From Minisyncoccota bacterium (GTDB taxonomy: Bacteria > Patescibacteriota > Minisyncoccia > Phycocordibacterales > PALSA-1337): a stretch of 64,000 bases of DNA. This document shows positions 49,909 through 59,142 of the stretch, one piece after another. The notes under the pieces were generated by a model, which was not told the origin of the DNA, did not search any database, and was given only the letters and a program-made list of their open reading frames with translations. The stretch spans positions 14,445 through 78,444 of the forward strand of contig JBAZBL010000004.1 of NCBI GenBank assembly GCA_041671485.1. Reading direction: 5' to 3'. How positions within the stretch are numbered: the first letter of the stretch is position 1; the number at the start of each line of letters is the position of its first letter. A program made the translations under genes and the position numbers.

Positions 49909-50418
49909 ATGAATCCTAAAGAATACTATTACAACCGCTTTCGCCCCCAGTTTGATGAATGGATAAGTAAATTATCTTTACAGGGTTTTGTATTGGGTAT
50001 TTACAGAAATATTCCTATTCAATTCCTGCGAAAAGAAAATCTCTCGCACATTCCTCCAAAAGACTATATGTCGTTCTATCATGCACTTGCATACACTGTT
50101 TTAATTGATCAGGTCATGTATACCTACTTTAGGAAAGATTATCCGAAATTTGAGCAAATGACACATTATCCGAAAATTGAGTACGGATTAAGCAATACAT
50201 ATGCTCGCCCCTGGGATATTTCACATGGTAGCGGTGGTATTACAACATTTGAACAGTTTGCTGAATTTTTTGTTGTAGATATTAAGCAGTTTTTTACTGA
50301 TTACAAGTTTGAAACAGCGACATGGAACACAGTAAAGAAAGCAATGCTTAGTGATGAAGATGTTGTAGGTGGTTCACAAGGAGAAATCTTTAGAAAAACG
50401 TTAGAGAAAATAAAATGA
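49909..50418 (+). CDS. Hypothetical protein
   Basis: 169 aa ORF, operonic. Confidence 0.65.
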   Translation: MNPKEYYYNRFRPQFDEWISKLSLQGFVLGIYRNIPIQFLRKENLSHIPPKDYMSFYHALAYTVLIDQVMYTYFRKDYPKFEQMTHYPKIEYGLSNTYARPWDISHGSGGITTFEQFAEFFVVDIKQFFTDYKFETATWNTVKKAMLSDEDVVGGSQGEIFRKTLEKIK

Positions 50419-50493
50419 TATCCACACAAAGGTTGATGTTTCTAATATAAGTATTTAATATATAAAAATGTGGATAACCTTACTTGAAATTAT

Positions 50494-51009
50494 ATGAATG
50501 AAAATAACAACATAACAAATGAACACGAAAAAATAAAAAACCTTGAATCAAAGATTTGGTTTCGTCTTCTAAAGGTAATTTTTATTTTTGTGTATCTAGC
50601 TATATTTTTATTTCTATTAGTTTTTGCGTACTCTAGTAAACCCTATGCTATCATTGATGAGTATAATTCAGTGATTGTGTGTGATAATGGAACGAGATAC
50701 AAAGCTGGAGATAATGGTATTAATGCCGAAGAAGCATGGGCTGAACAATTAGGTGCCACAAGGGTAGACCTAAATGGACTTACTCCAACAAAAATACAAG
50801 CAACACATTTATGCCTAGGTTATTCTGAAGGAAAGATTGGCTTTATTCCTGATATACCTCCCTATAAAGTAGAGATAGTGAGAAAGACTGTAGGGGATTG
50901 GAGTAGTTTTATTGGGTATACCGCTTTAGTATTATTCGTTACTATTATTGTCTTTGAGTTAGTCAAGCGATCTTTCTTCTATATTGTACTTGGGAAAAGG
51001 TTTTTTTAG
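50494..51009 (+). CDS. Hypothetical two-TM membrane protein
   Basis: TMs at both ends with an extracellular loop holding two Cys. Confidence 0.7.
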   Translation: MNENNNITNEHEKIKNLESKIWFRLLKVIFIFVYLAIFLFLLVFAYSSKPYAIIDEYNSVIVCDNGTRYKAGDNGINAEEAWAEQLGATRVDLNGLTPTKIQATHLCLGYSEGKIGFIPDIPPYKVEIVRKTVGDWSSFIGYTALVLFVTIIVFELVKRSFFYIVLGKRFF

Positions 51010-51018
51010 ATAATTAAT

Positions 51019-51927
51019 ATGCACCTCTGGACTTACATAAAATCTCGCAACGAAACGCTACTAGTAGTGGTTATTGCTGTAGTCGTGGTTATATCACTAA
51101 TAATTTGGTTTTTCCAAGATAAGGCACCAATACAAGAGATATCCGAACAATCAATCACGAATCAAAAAGAAATCACACAAAATGATAATTTCCAAAATAG
51201 TATGTTTATTAGAATTAGAGATAAACTTACCTTTAATAACGAACCCTATCATGGTCTTGAAGACGGGAGCTACCTTCCAGTTCTACGATTACCCATAAAG
51301 TATTTCCATAAGGATGATTTTCGAGGTGGGATATGGAATACTGCGGAAATAAAAGATAGCGATTATACCAATGCTACCCTTACTGGAAATGACGCATACC
51401 AGTCATTCCCAACAACTACGATAACTTTCCATAGTTGGTCATCAGATGCTGAACCCATACTACCAATAAAAACAAAAAGTCAAATAAGAGAAATCATAAA
51501 CACATATCCCGAACTCTATGAAGACAATCTGAAACAATACGGAGAATTTACCACTCGCTTTTGGCCTAATAGATATGTTACGGAAAAACAGTACTTTGAT
51601 GTTGATAATGATGGGAAAGACGAATCAATTATCTCCCTCTGTAGTAACATGGGTGGAAATATGGATTGCCCTGATAAAATCAATATCATAAAAGGAAATC
51701 AGATTATTTTCACAGCATCGGGTGAAGGAATAGGTATTTCGTCATCGAAAACAGACGATGGATTCTATATTGAATGGACAGATCGAGATACTCCTCCGAA
51801 TTTATTTATGGGCTATTGTTGTTCCGCTGGTAATAAGAAGACAAGGTTCATATTCTATAATAATGAATTTAAACCATTATACGAACAAGAGATACGATAT
51901 TTTGAGGTAATTGATACTCAATTTTGA
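51019..51927 (+). CDS. Membrane-anchored extracellular protein
   Basis: MHLWTYIKSRNETL + TM; DVDNDGKDE Ca-binding-like motif. Confidence 0.75.
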   Translation: MHLWTYIKSRNETLLVVVIAVVVVISLIIWFFQDKAPIQEISEQSITNQKEITQNDNFQNSMFIRIRDKLTFNNEPYHGLEDGSYLPVLRLPIKYFHKDDFRGGIWNTAEIKDSDYTNATLTGNDAYQSFPTTTITFHSWSSDAEPILPIKTKSQIREIINTYPELYEDNLKQYGEFTTRFWPNRYVTEKQYFDVDNDGKDESIISLCSNMGGNMDCPDKINIIKGNQIIFTASGEGIGISSSKTDDGFYIEWTDRDTPPNLFMGYCCSAGNKKTRFIFYNNEFKPLYEQEIRYFEVIDTQF

Positions 51928-51944
51928 ATCCCTAACAATCAAAC

Positions 51945-53147
51945 ATGCACCTCTGGACTTACATAAAATCTCGCAACGAAACATTACGGTTGGCAGTTAT
52001 TGCTATGGTCATAATTACCTTCTTAATCATTTGGTCTTCAATACATAAGACGCAAAATTCAATTTCTTCTGATTTCAAATGTCCCAATGACTACAAAACA
52101 ATTGAGGAGTATGTTGAGAGTCTCGCTAAATGGATTCGAGTTACAATGGATGAAAATCCCAAAATAACACCTGATGAGATACAGAAATTAAGAGATGAAG
52201 AAATTGCAGAACATAAATGCAGTTTAAGTAATTGGCTATCGGAAGATGATATGGCTATGTTAGATAAATCAGTAACTTCTTTGACAGAAAGCACGACTAC
52301 TACAAATGAACAGATTTTCAACTTGAATATTACGATAGCTAGAACACCGTATGAGCTTTCCGATTATTCACCAAATGGAGATTACTGGATAGCCAATTAT
52401 TATTCAGCAACCACATCATCCAACCAATTTAATCCTAAAATTATTGTTTTATATGTTCCAATCTATTCCACCTACGCAAACTCTGATGGAACAGAAGTTA
52501 CAGCGAAAAATGTAGCAGATAATTTTGCTTATCACACAAAAGAAGACGGTTTCACACTTCTCAACCCACTTTCATTTACTGACCCCAAAAAACCTGATAC
52601 AGATATTTATGTACTTACATCCTATAAATTACGCATGGATGAAGATTACAGCCCAATTTTCTTCACAGTTATTCGAAAGACCAAGTCTGGAGTTTTTGCT
52701 GTGCTTTATGATAAGGAAATTGAAAATGGTATAGATGAAACTTTAACAAGACAGAAAATACTAGAATGGCTAAATATCCATACAAAATACATGGAACAAA
52801 TTGAGAAATTCGATCCATTTGATTTCCTCCATGAAGACATGACATCATATTCTAATATCTCACAACATCAAGAAGTTAATATAACTGGAAGAGTTGTAGA
52901 TTGGATGACCTATGGAAGAATCTTGGTAAAAAATTCAGTTTCTGACTATCCGTTTATGTATTTTATAGCAGAACCAGATGATGTAATTTCTGAGGGTACT
53001 TCACGGTATAGTCCAACAACCAATGCAATCAAAAATGAAGCTACTATTAAAATAATTGGAGAGATAATTGATGGATGTTTTTGGAATGAAAAAAAATATG
53101 ATGGCTGTGTGCCATGGGTTACAATAAAGAGTTTACAACAAATATAA
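51945..53147 (+). CDS. Membrane-anchored extracellular protein
   Basis: Same MHLWTYIKSRNETL leader + TM; unrelated-looking ectodomain. Confidence 0.75.
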   Translation: MHLWTYIKSRNETLRLAVIAMVIITFLIIWSSIHKTQNSISSDFKCPNDYKTIEEYVESLAKWIRVTMDENPKITPDEIQKLRDEEIAEHKCSLSNWLSEDDMAMLDKSVTSLTESTTTTNEQIFNLNITIARTPYELSDYSPNGDYWIANYYSATTSSNQFNPKIIVLYVPIYSTYANSDGTEVTAKNVADNFAYHTKEDGFTLLNPLSFTDPKKPDTDIYVLTSYKLRMDEDYSPIFFTVIRKTKSGVFAVLYDKEIENGIDETLTRQKILEWLNIHTKYMEQIEKFDPFDFLHEDMTSYSNISQHQEVNITGRVVDWMTYGRILVKNSVSDYPFMYFIAEPDDVISEGTSRYSPTTNAIKNEATIKIIGEIIDGCFWNEKKYDGCVPWVTIKSLQQI

Positions 53148-53261
53148 AGAGTGATGGAGTAAACTGCATTTAAACACCCTGTTCTTACCGCTTATCTTCG
53201 CGTAGGACTGATTCATTCTCGAGATTGGTGTACTTTATGGCTGAAAATGAGGGCGCCTGTT

Positions 53262-53283
53262 ATCTTAGGTTTTCTTAGGTTCT
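53262..53283 (+). repeat. 22-bp direct repeat, copy 2
   Basis: Identical to 49058-49079. Confidence 0.85.
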
Positions 53284-53320
53284 AGTTTTTAGATTTTTAG
53301 CGTATATAAGGGAGATAAAA

Positions 53321-53653
53321 CTATAAACTATTTTTCTGGTCAGAATGCCCATATATCTTATTGATTGAAGATGTCAGCACTGCGTTTAACTTTGCATTTA
53401 GTTGAAACTGTTTATTTTCAACATTTCCTAACTCTATGGTCTCTTTCGGTTTCCCAACTGAATATTCAAGCAACATCTTAAATGCTGATGTATTTGATTT
53501 CTCTGCTAATACAGTCTTAATCTGCGCATCTATCATTGGTCCGATCTGTTCATGGACTCTTTTTGTAATCTCCTCATTTATGCGTTGAGTTAGAAGTGTC
53601 TTTGTAGCAAGCGGTCGTCCCGCCCCTTCCCTTTTTCCTCCTCTATTTTCCAT
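53321..53653 (-). CDS. Small terminase-like / phage-type DNA-binding protein
   Basis: RGGKREGAGRP N-terminus and LEY..GKPKETIE, a pattern seen in phage small terminase-like proteins (inference). Confidence 0.55.
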   Translation of the reverse strand: MENRGGKREGAGRPLATKTLLTQRINEEITKRVHEQIGPMIDAQIKTVLAEKSNTSAFKMLLEYSVGKPKETIELGNVENKQFQLNAKLNAVLTSSINKIYGHSDQKNSL

Positions 53654-53769
53654 GATACTTTAAGTTAGTTTAAATTCTCATACTTATTCAAACAATCAAA
53701 CTAATATTTAGATTATAAAGTAAGGGTGGGGATAATCAACCGAATAACAAAAATGTAGAATTCTTTGAT

Positions 53770-54273
53770 ATGATACTGTATATGATAAGACTTTGGTTTT
53801 TGGTTAGATATTTTGTCTATTTTCCAGCCACAAATGGTTATTGGGCGAACCAAAATGATGCGATAGAGAGGGATAAATTCATATGGTATATTGTTACGGA
53901 TAAGTTACTTTTTCAAAATATTATAGATACTATTAGAGAGTTCTATTTTAGAAAAATACAAGGACACTATAACAATGAGACAGATGAGGTTGTTATGGAG
54001 AGATTGCGTAGGCGTCTAAAAAAGATTGATGATCTTATTGATAGAGCTATTTCGAAAAATTACTTGGTACCCATAAATAAGAATGGATATCATCAAAATC
54101 TAAAAATTGAGTGGCAGGGAAAGAATTTTATTAAACTGTTACCGTTCTGTGAGGCGTGTCTAAAAGAATATGGGCAATCCGTGACTATCATTATTGCTTT
54201 GTTAGGATCTGGAATAATTTCGGTGATTATTACTAATTGGGGTAATATAATTTCATATTTTCATTCATTATAA
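53770..54273 (+). CDS. Hypothetical protein with C-terminal TM
   Basis: 167 aa ORF. Confidence 0.6.
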   Translation: MILYMIRLWFLVRYFVYFPATNGYWANQNDAIERDKFIWYIVTDKLLFQNIIDTIREFYFRKIQGHYNNETDEVVMERLRRRLKKIDDLIDRAISKNYLVPINKNGYHQNLKIEWQGKNFIKLLPFCEACLKEYGQSVTIIIALLGSGIISVIITNWGNIISYFHSL

Positions 54274-54330
54274 AAAGTATATTGATTGATTTGCTGTTTT
54301 AAAATAAAGTTGTATAGTTAAATTACCAAA

Positions 54331-54612
54331 ATGCTAGAAGAAAAAATAATAAAAATTATCTTGAAAGTTGCTGGAATTTGTTTGATTTTCTTAATCATAT
54401 CTCCTTTCTTTATTACACCAGAAACGGGAAGTACACTTGAAACTATTATGCTTATACCTGTCATTCCAGTAATAATGGCAGGCGTGATTTTGGTTGTGCT
54501 TAGTCGTTCTCGTCACGATACAATACTTCCTCCATATCTTCGTGTAGTTGGTCTTATTCTCTTTGGACTATGGATTTTGTCATTCTTCATTGATAACCCT
54601 TTTCGTGGATAG
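54331..54612 (+). CDS. Small three-TM membrane protein
   Basis: 93 aa hydrophobic ORF. Confidence 0.65.
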   Translation: MLEEKIIKIILKVAGICLIFLIISPFFITPETGSTLETIMLIPVIPVIMAGVILVVLSRSRHDTILPPYLRVVGLILFGLWILSFFIDNPFRG

Positions 54613-54655
54613 GATAATAGTGACGAAGTTATCTAAGATCTGCTATAGTTTATTC

Positions 54656-54908
54656 GGAGTAGTGAGAGTTGGTGTTTTTCGGTCTTAGATTGAAAACAAT
54701 GTTGTGTACTAAGTCCGTCATCCGCCTTTGTGCGGTGGATTTGCCCATTAGGGCGAAAGGTGCGGTTAAAAGCAACAGTGACCTACTGGGTACATCAAGA
54801 GTTCAGCCGAGCATAATGGGAGCATAAATGAGGGCTGAAAGGCGCAAGAGGATTTATCCTCCCGCTTGCTACTCCCACAAAGGACTTCTCTGACGAGGAG
54901 TTTTTTGT
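54656..54908 (+). ncRNA. Candidate multibranched ncRNA with own promoter and terminator
   Basis: 5' GGAGTAGTGAG pairs with 3' CTTGCTACTCC (54865-54875); internal hairpins; TGcTATAGT upstream; terminator GGACTTCTC-TGAC-GAGGAGTTTTTT. Confidence 0.6.
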
Positions 54909-55001
54909 TTGCTCACTTATTAAATCCTATGTATGGCAGAAAAATAGAGATTGAGATATTTCTCCTTGAATTCCATCTCTGATTGCGAAATCATTTACGC
55001 A

Positions 55002-55118
55002 TTATTTCTTTTTATGGTGGACCTCACGTTCGGTGGTACGAGGATGCTTAAGAGCGTATGCCTCCCTCACTCTTCTTCCTGTTACTGAACTTCGATAGAA
55101 TATAATCACCTTGTTCAT
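55002..55118 (-). CDS. 38-aa basic peptide (below ORF cut-off)
   Basis: MNKVIIFYRSSVTGRRVREAYALKHPRTTEREVHHKKK; resembles the RSSxTGR...A..HP.TTxxE small-protein pattern. Confidence 0.55.
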   Translation of the reverse strand: MNKVIIFYRSSVTGRRVREAYALKHPRTTEREVHHKKK

Positions 55119-55272
55119 TTTGGTTTTGGATTAAATATTTTGATAATTCATCTATTGATTTTTATCAGAGACGGAATTCAGGGAAAAATTAACAATTTGG
55201 TCCAACACCCATGGTGTATTATACCATTTTTATCTATTTGCGATAAGTACAAATTTGTTGTAATGTTGCTTT

Positions 55273-56193
55273 ATGTCTATTTTCCAGATCCAAAATTCAA
55301 AGCTGATCGCTATAAGGGATAAAGATGTAGAACTTGAGAAAGATATTCAGAAATTGACGGAAGAAAATCTTGAAACCGTATTTGGTTTACAATTTATCAG
55401 AACGGAGTTTCCTCTTGGTGATTTTAGAATCGATACTCTTGCTTTTGACAATGAGTCAAATTCATTCGTGATTATTGAATACAAACGAGATAGGAGTTTT
55501 AGTGTTATTGATCAAGGATATTCTTATCTTGCTCTAATGCTTAATAATAAAGCAGACTTTATTCTTGAATACAACGAAAAACTTCAGACCAATCTTAGAA
55601 AAGATGATGTAGATTGGTCTCAGTCCCGTGTTATTTTTCTGGCAAAGTCATTCAATCGGTATCAGCAAAATGCTATCAATTTTCGCGACCTTCCAATTGA
55701 ATTGTGGGAAGTAAAGAACTATGACAATTCAACTATTCTTTACAATCAACTTCTTTCTCCTGAAGCGAAAGAATCAGTAAAATCTATCACTAGAAATAAG
55801 ACTATAGAAAACGTAACCAAAGAGGTAAAAGTTTATACTATTGAAGATCATACTAATCATATAAATAAAGATACTAGGGACCTTTTTGAAATGATTCGTG
55901 AAAAGATTTTAGCTTTAGGTGGTAATATTGAAGAGAGACCTAAGAAAAAATATATCGCATATAGAACACATCAAGCATTTTTATATGTGCACATTCAACA
56001 GTCACAAATAAAATTACATATCATTATTGGTAAATCAAAATTAAACGACCCCAAAGGAATCACTAGGGATGTTTCAAAAGTTGGTCATTATGGTGGGGGG
56101 GTAACTGAAATTGTTCTAACTAAAATGGAAGAAATTTCATATATAATGACGTTAATTGAGCAGTCTTTTAATTCTTCTAAAAGTAGTTTCTAG
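55273..56193 (+). CDS. NucS/DUF91-like PD-(D/E)XK nuclease fused to DUF5655
   Basis: LEKDIQ, RIDTLAFD...IIEYKR, KKYIAY, RDVSKVGHYG.G. Confidence 0.85.
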   Translation: MSIFQIQNSKLIAIRDKDVELEKDIQKLTEENLETVFGLQFIRTEFPLGDFRIDTLAFDNESNSFVIIEYKRDRSFSVIDQGYSYLALMLNNKADFILEYNEKLQTNLRKDDVDWSQSRVIFLAKSFNRYQQNAINFRDLPIELWEVKNYDNSTILYNQLLSPEAKESVKSITRNKTIENVTKEVKVYTIEDHTNHINKDTRDLFEMIREKILALGGNIEERPKKKYIAYRTHQAFLYVHIQQSQIKLHIIIGKSKLNDPKGITRDVSKVGHYGGGVTEIVLTKMEEISYIMTLIEQSFNSSKSSF

Positions 56194-56235
56194 TGATAAT
56201 AGGAATTTCAGCTAGAGAGCTTTTTAAATAAACCT

Positions 56236-57285
56236 ATGGCTACTAAATCATTAAATAGTAATCTACATAAAGCAGGTAGAGCAAAGCAAGACGAGTTTTA
56301 TACCCAGCTTATTGATATTGAAAAAGAATTAAAGCACTACAAAGAACAGTTTCGAGGTAAGGTGGTGTATTGCAACTGCGACGATCCGTTTGAAAGCAAT
56401 TTTTTCAAATATTTTGCCACCAACTTTAATGCGCTTGGTCTCAAAAAGTTAATCACTACCAGTTTTACAAAGTCGCCAATTGCCGGAGGGCAGTTGCCGC
56501 TCTTTGAAGTCAAAGGTCTAAAACCGAAAGGTAAAGAGCCGTTTAAAATTGAGCTTAATGAAGTAACCGATAGCAATGCCGACGGCGCTGTTGGGATTGC
56601 CGATGTGAAATGGCTTTTGAAAAACGATGCCAACATCGCCACTGCTCTAAAGGGCGACGGAGATTTTCGCAGTGATGAGTGTATTGAACTGCTTAAAGAG
56701 GCAGATATTGTCGTAACCAACCCGCCGTTTTCGCTCTTTCGTGAGTATGTAGCGCAACTTGTGGAATATAATAAAAAGTTTTTGATTCTAGGCGACCAAA
56801 ATGCAGTAACCTATAAAGAAACCTTCGGTTTTATCAAAGAAAATAAATTATGGCATGGTTACGATAATGGTGGTACAAAATGGTTTCAGGTTCCTAATGA
56901 TTATGACATTGAAACAGAGTCAAGAATAAAAATTGAAAACGGTACAAAGTTTTTCAGTATGGGTAGAATTGTATGGTATACAAACCTCGACACTACAAAA
57001 CGTCATGAAAAAATAGAATTATATAAGAAATATTCGTCAGAAGAATTTCCTAAATACGATAACTACAACGTAATAAATGTTGATAAGGTAGCCGATATAC
57101 CAATGGATTATAAGGGAGTAATGGGCGTACCGATTACCTTTGTTGATAAATATAGTCCAGCACAGTTTGAAATATTGGGCGTTGCAAATTCTGCAAGATG
57201 GATCGGTTACGAATGTTTTACTTTAATTGAAGGTAGAAAAATATATAATCGAATTTTAATTAAAAATAAGAAGGTAAAAAAATAA
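56236..57285 (+). CDS. EcoRI-family adenine-specific DNA methyltransferase
   Basis: DEFYT, VYCNCDDP, GDGDFRS, VVTNPPFSLFREY, MGVPITF. Confidence 0.92.
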   Translation: MATKSLNSNLHKAGRAKQDEFYTQLIDIEKELKHYKEQFRGKVVYCNCDDPFESNFFKYFATNFNALGLKKLITTSFTKSPIAGGQLPLFEVKGLKPKGKEPFKIELNEVTDSNADGAVGIADVKWLLKNDANIATALKGDGDFRSDECIELLKEADIVVTNPPFSLFREYVAQLVEYNKKFLILGDQNAVTYKETFGFIKENKLWHGYDNGGTKWFQVPNDYDIETESRIKIENGTKFFSMGRIVWYTNLDTTKRHEKIELYKKYSSEEFPKYDNYNVINVDKVADIPMDYKGVMGVPITFVDKYSPAQFEILGVANSARWIGYECFTLIEGRKIYNRILIKNKKVKK

Positions 57286-57286
57286 T

Positions 57287-58396
57287 ATGAAAATTGATTT
57301 ACATAAAATTTCTGTGCGCGAAGTATTTGGTGGCTACAAAGACAGTGCCGAAGAAGGAGTGGTAGCTTATGGAGGTAAGCTAGATATTCGCCCAAAATAC
57401 CAGCGGGAATTTGTCTACAAGCCCGAGCAACGTGATGCGGTCATGCATACTGTTCAACATCAATTTCCGCTTAATGTCATGTATTGGATAGAAAATAGCG
57501 CCGGAAACTATGAGTTGCTTGATGGTCAACAGCGTACACTAAGCATTTGTCAGTACGTGAGCGGCGACTATTCCATTCATGACCGCTATTTCCATAATCT
57601 CACCAAGGAAGAAAAAGACCAGATACTCGACTACGAGCTCATGATCTACTTTTGTGACGGCACCGATAAGGAGCGCATTGAATGGTTTGAAGTTATAAAT
57701 ACAGCTGGTGAAAAACTTACCCCGCAGGAGTTGCTTAACGCCGTCTACACTGGACCATGGCTCTCGGATGCAAAACTCAAATTCAGTAAAACGGGCTGCG
57801 TATCCTATCATTTGGCAAATGATGGCGGAGCATTAGTCAGCGGATCGCCAATTCGGCAAGAGTATCTGGAAACCGCACTTTCGTGGATAAACAACGGTGA
57901 AGTGGCGGGCTACATGGCTAAACACCAGCACGACAAGAACGCTGACAAATTGTGGGACTATTTCCAAAATGTAATTGATTGGGTACGGAAAACATTTACC
58001 AATTATCGTCGAGAAATGAACAGCGTGGGGTGGGGTGAGTTGTATAACGAATTTAAAGACAAAAAACTGAATGCCGAGAAACTGGAGACCGAAATCAAAG
58101 AGTTGATGCAAGACGAAGATGTAACGAAAAAATCTGGTGTTTATCCGTATGTATTGACGAGACAAGAAAAATATCTTTCAATTCGTGCCTTTACCGATAA
58201 AATGAAGCGCGAGGCATACGAGCGACAAAACGGTATCTGTACAGATTGTAAAAAACAGAAAAAACAGAAAATAAAGTGGGATATTTCTGAAATGGAAGCT
58301 GATCATATAAAACCGTGGCATGAAGGAGGAAGAACAATTGCAGAAAATTGCAAAATGTTATGCAAAGACGATAATCGAGATAAATCAGGAAAATAA
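57287..58396 (+). CDS. DUF262 (GmrSD-N/ParB-like) + HNH endonuclease
   Basis: RPKYQREFVY, LLDGQQR, FEVIN..G, C..C, EADHI.PW..GG.T...NC. Confidence 0.9.
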   Translation: MKIDLHKISVREVFGGYKDSAEEGVVAYGGKLDIRPKYQREFVYKPEQRDAVMHTVQHQFPLNVMYWIENSAGNYELLDGQQRTLSICQYVSGDYSIHDRYFHNLTKEEKDQILDYELMIYFCDGTDKERIEWFEVINTAGEKLTPQELLNAVYTGPWLSDAKLKFSKTGCVSYHLANDGGALVSGSPIRQEYLETALSWINNGEVAGYMAKHQHDKNADKLWDYFQNVIDWVRKTFTNYRREMNSVGWGELYNEFKDKKLNAEKLETEIKELMQDEDVTKKSGVYPYVLTRQEKYLSIRAFTDKMKREAYERQNGICTDCKKQKKQKIKWDISEMEADHIKPWHEGGRTIAENCKMLCKDDNRDKSGK

Positions 58397-58410
58397 AATA
58401 GACCAAGATT

Positions 58411-59103
58411 ATGACAGGAATATTCTTTGCACATCCACATACACTTCTAGATCAAGTAGGTAAGGTTATGGACAGAGTCGGTTCTGAAAAATTCTTTTCA
58501 AGTTCAGATGAAAAGGTAAAGAAAGCCAGAGAAGGATTTGTGGCATATTTCTTCACTCTTGCCTTAAAGAAATATACGAGGAGAGATTGGTGGTTGGCGC
58601 AGTATGACCAAGCCACAAGGGCTTACCCAGATTTCGATTTTATATCTTTTGCAGAAAATCCTGATGATATGAAAATGGAACCAGTGGAGCTAACTGGTAT
58701 TTATCCTCACTTCAAATCTTTTGACGAAGCTCTAAAAGTTGTTGAGAAGAAACAGAACCAATATGGTGATAAGTCAGTGAAGTTCAGTTTGTTAGTCTTT
58801 GTTAATCACGAGAAGAGCGAAGAATGGATCAGTCTACTTAGACAGAAAGTAAGTAGTGAGCATCCATTCTTGAGTATATGGACAATACACTTGCGTTTTA
58901 AAGATGGCAGAAAGGAAGTTGGCAAGGCAGTTGCCCAAAGGATTGTGCCATTACCATATCTAAGAGTCGAAGCCAGAACCGATGACCCTGAGATGCATAA
59001 AAGACAACCCCTTCCAACTTATATAGAACAACACCAAGACGGTGAAAATATTTATATTACATTCAAAGCTGAGTTTATTAATAAAATGCGAAGGACTAAG
59101 TAG
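58411..59103 (+). CDS. Hypothetical protein, possible PD-(D/E)XK-fold nuclease
   Basis: E...PDFD...VELT...KKQ..Y pattern; last gene of the defence cluster. Confidence 0.6.
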   Translation: MTGIFFAHPHTLLDQVGKVMDRVGSEKFFSSSDEKVKKAREGFVAYFFTLALKKYTRRDWWLAQYDQATRAYPDFDFISFAENPDDMKMEPVELTGIYPHFKSFDEALKVVEKKQNQYGDKSVKFSLLVFVNHEKSEEWISLLRQKVSSEHPFLSIWTIHLRFKDGRKEVGKAVAQRIVPLPYLRVEARTDDPEMHKRQPLPTYIEQHQDGENIYITFKAEFINKMRRTK

Positions 59104-59142
59104 TAAATACTTACAATCCGATAGATTAATCAATAAAGTAAA

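Noticed and set aside
54656-54875. Retron msr-msd or OMEGA/guide RNA
   Set aside because: No reverse transcriptase, TnpB/IscB or Cas gene in the island or window.
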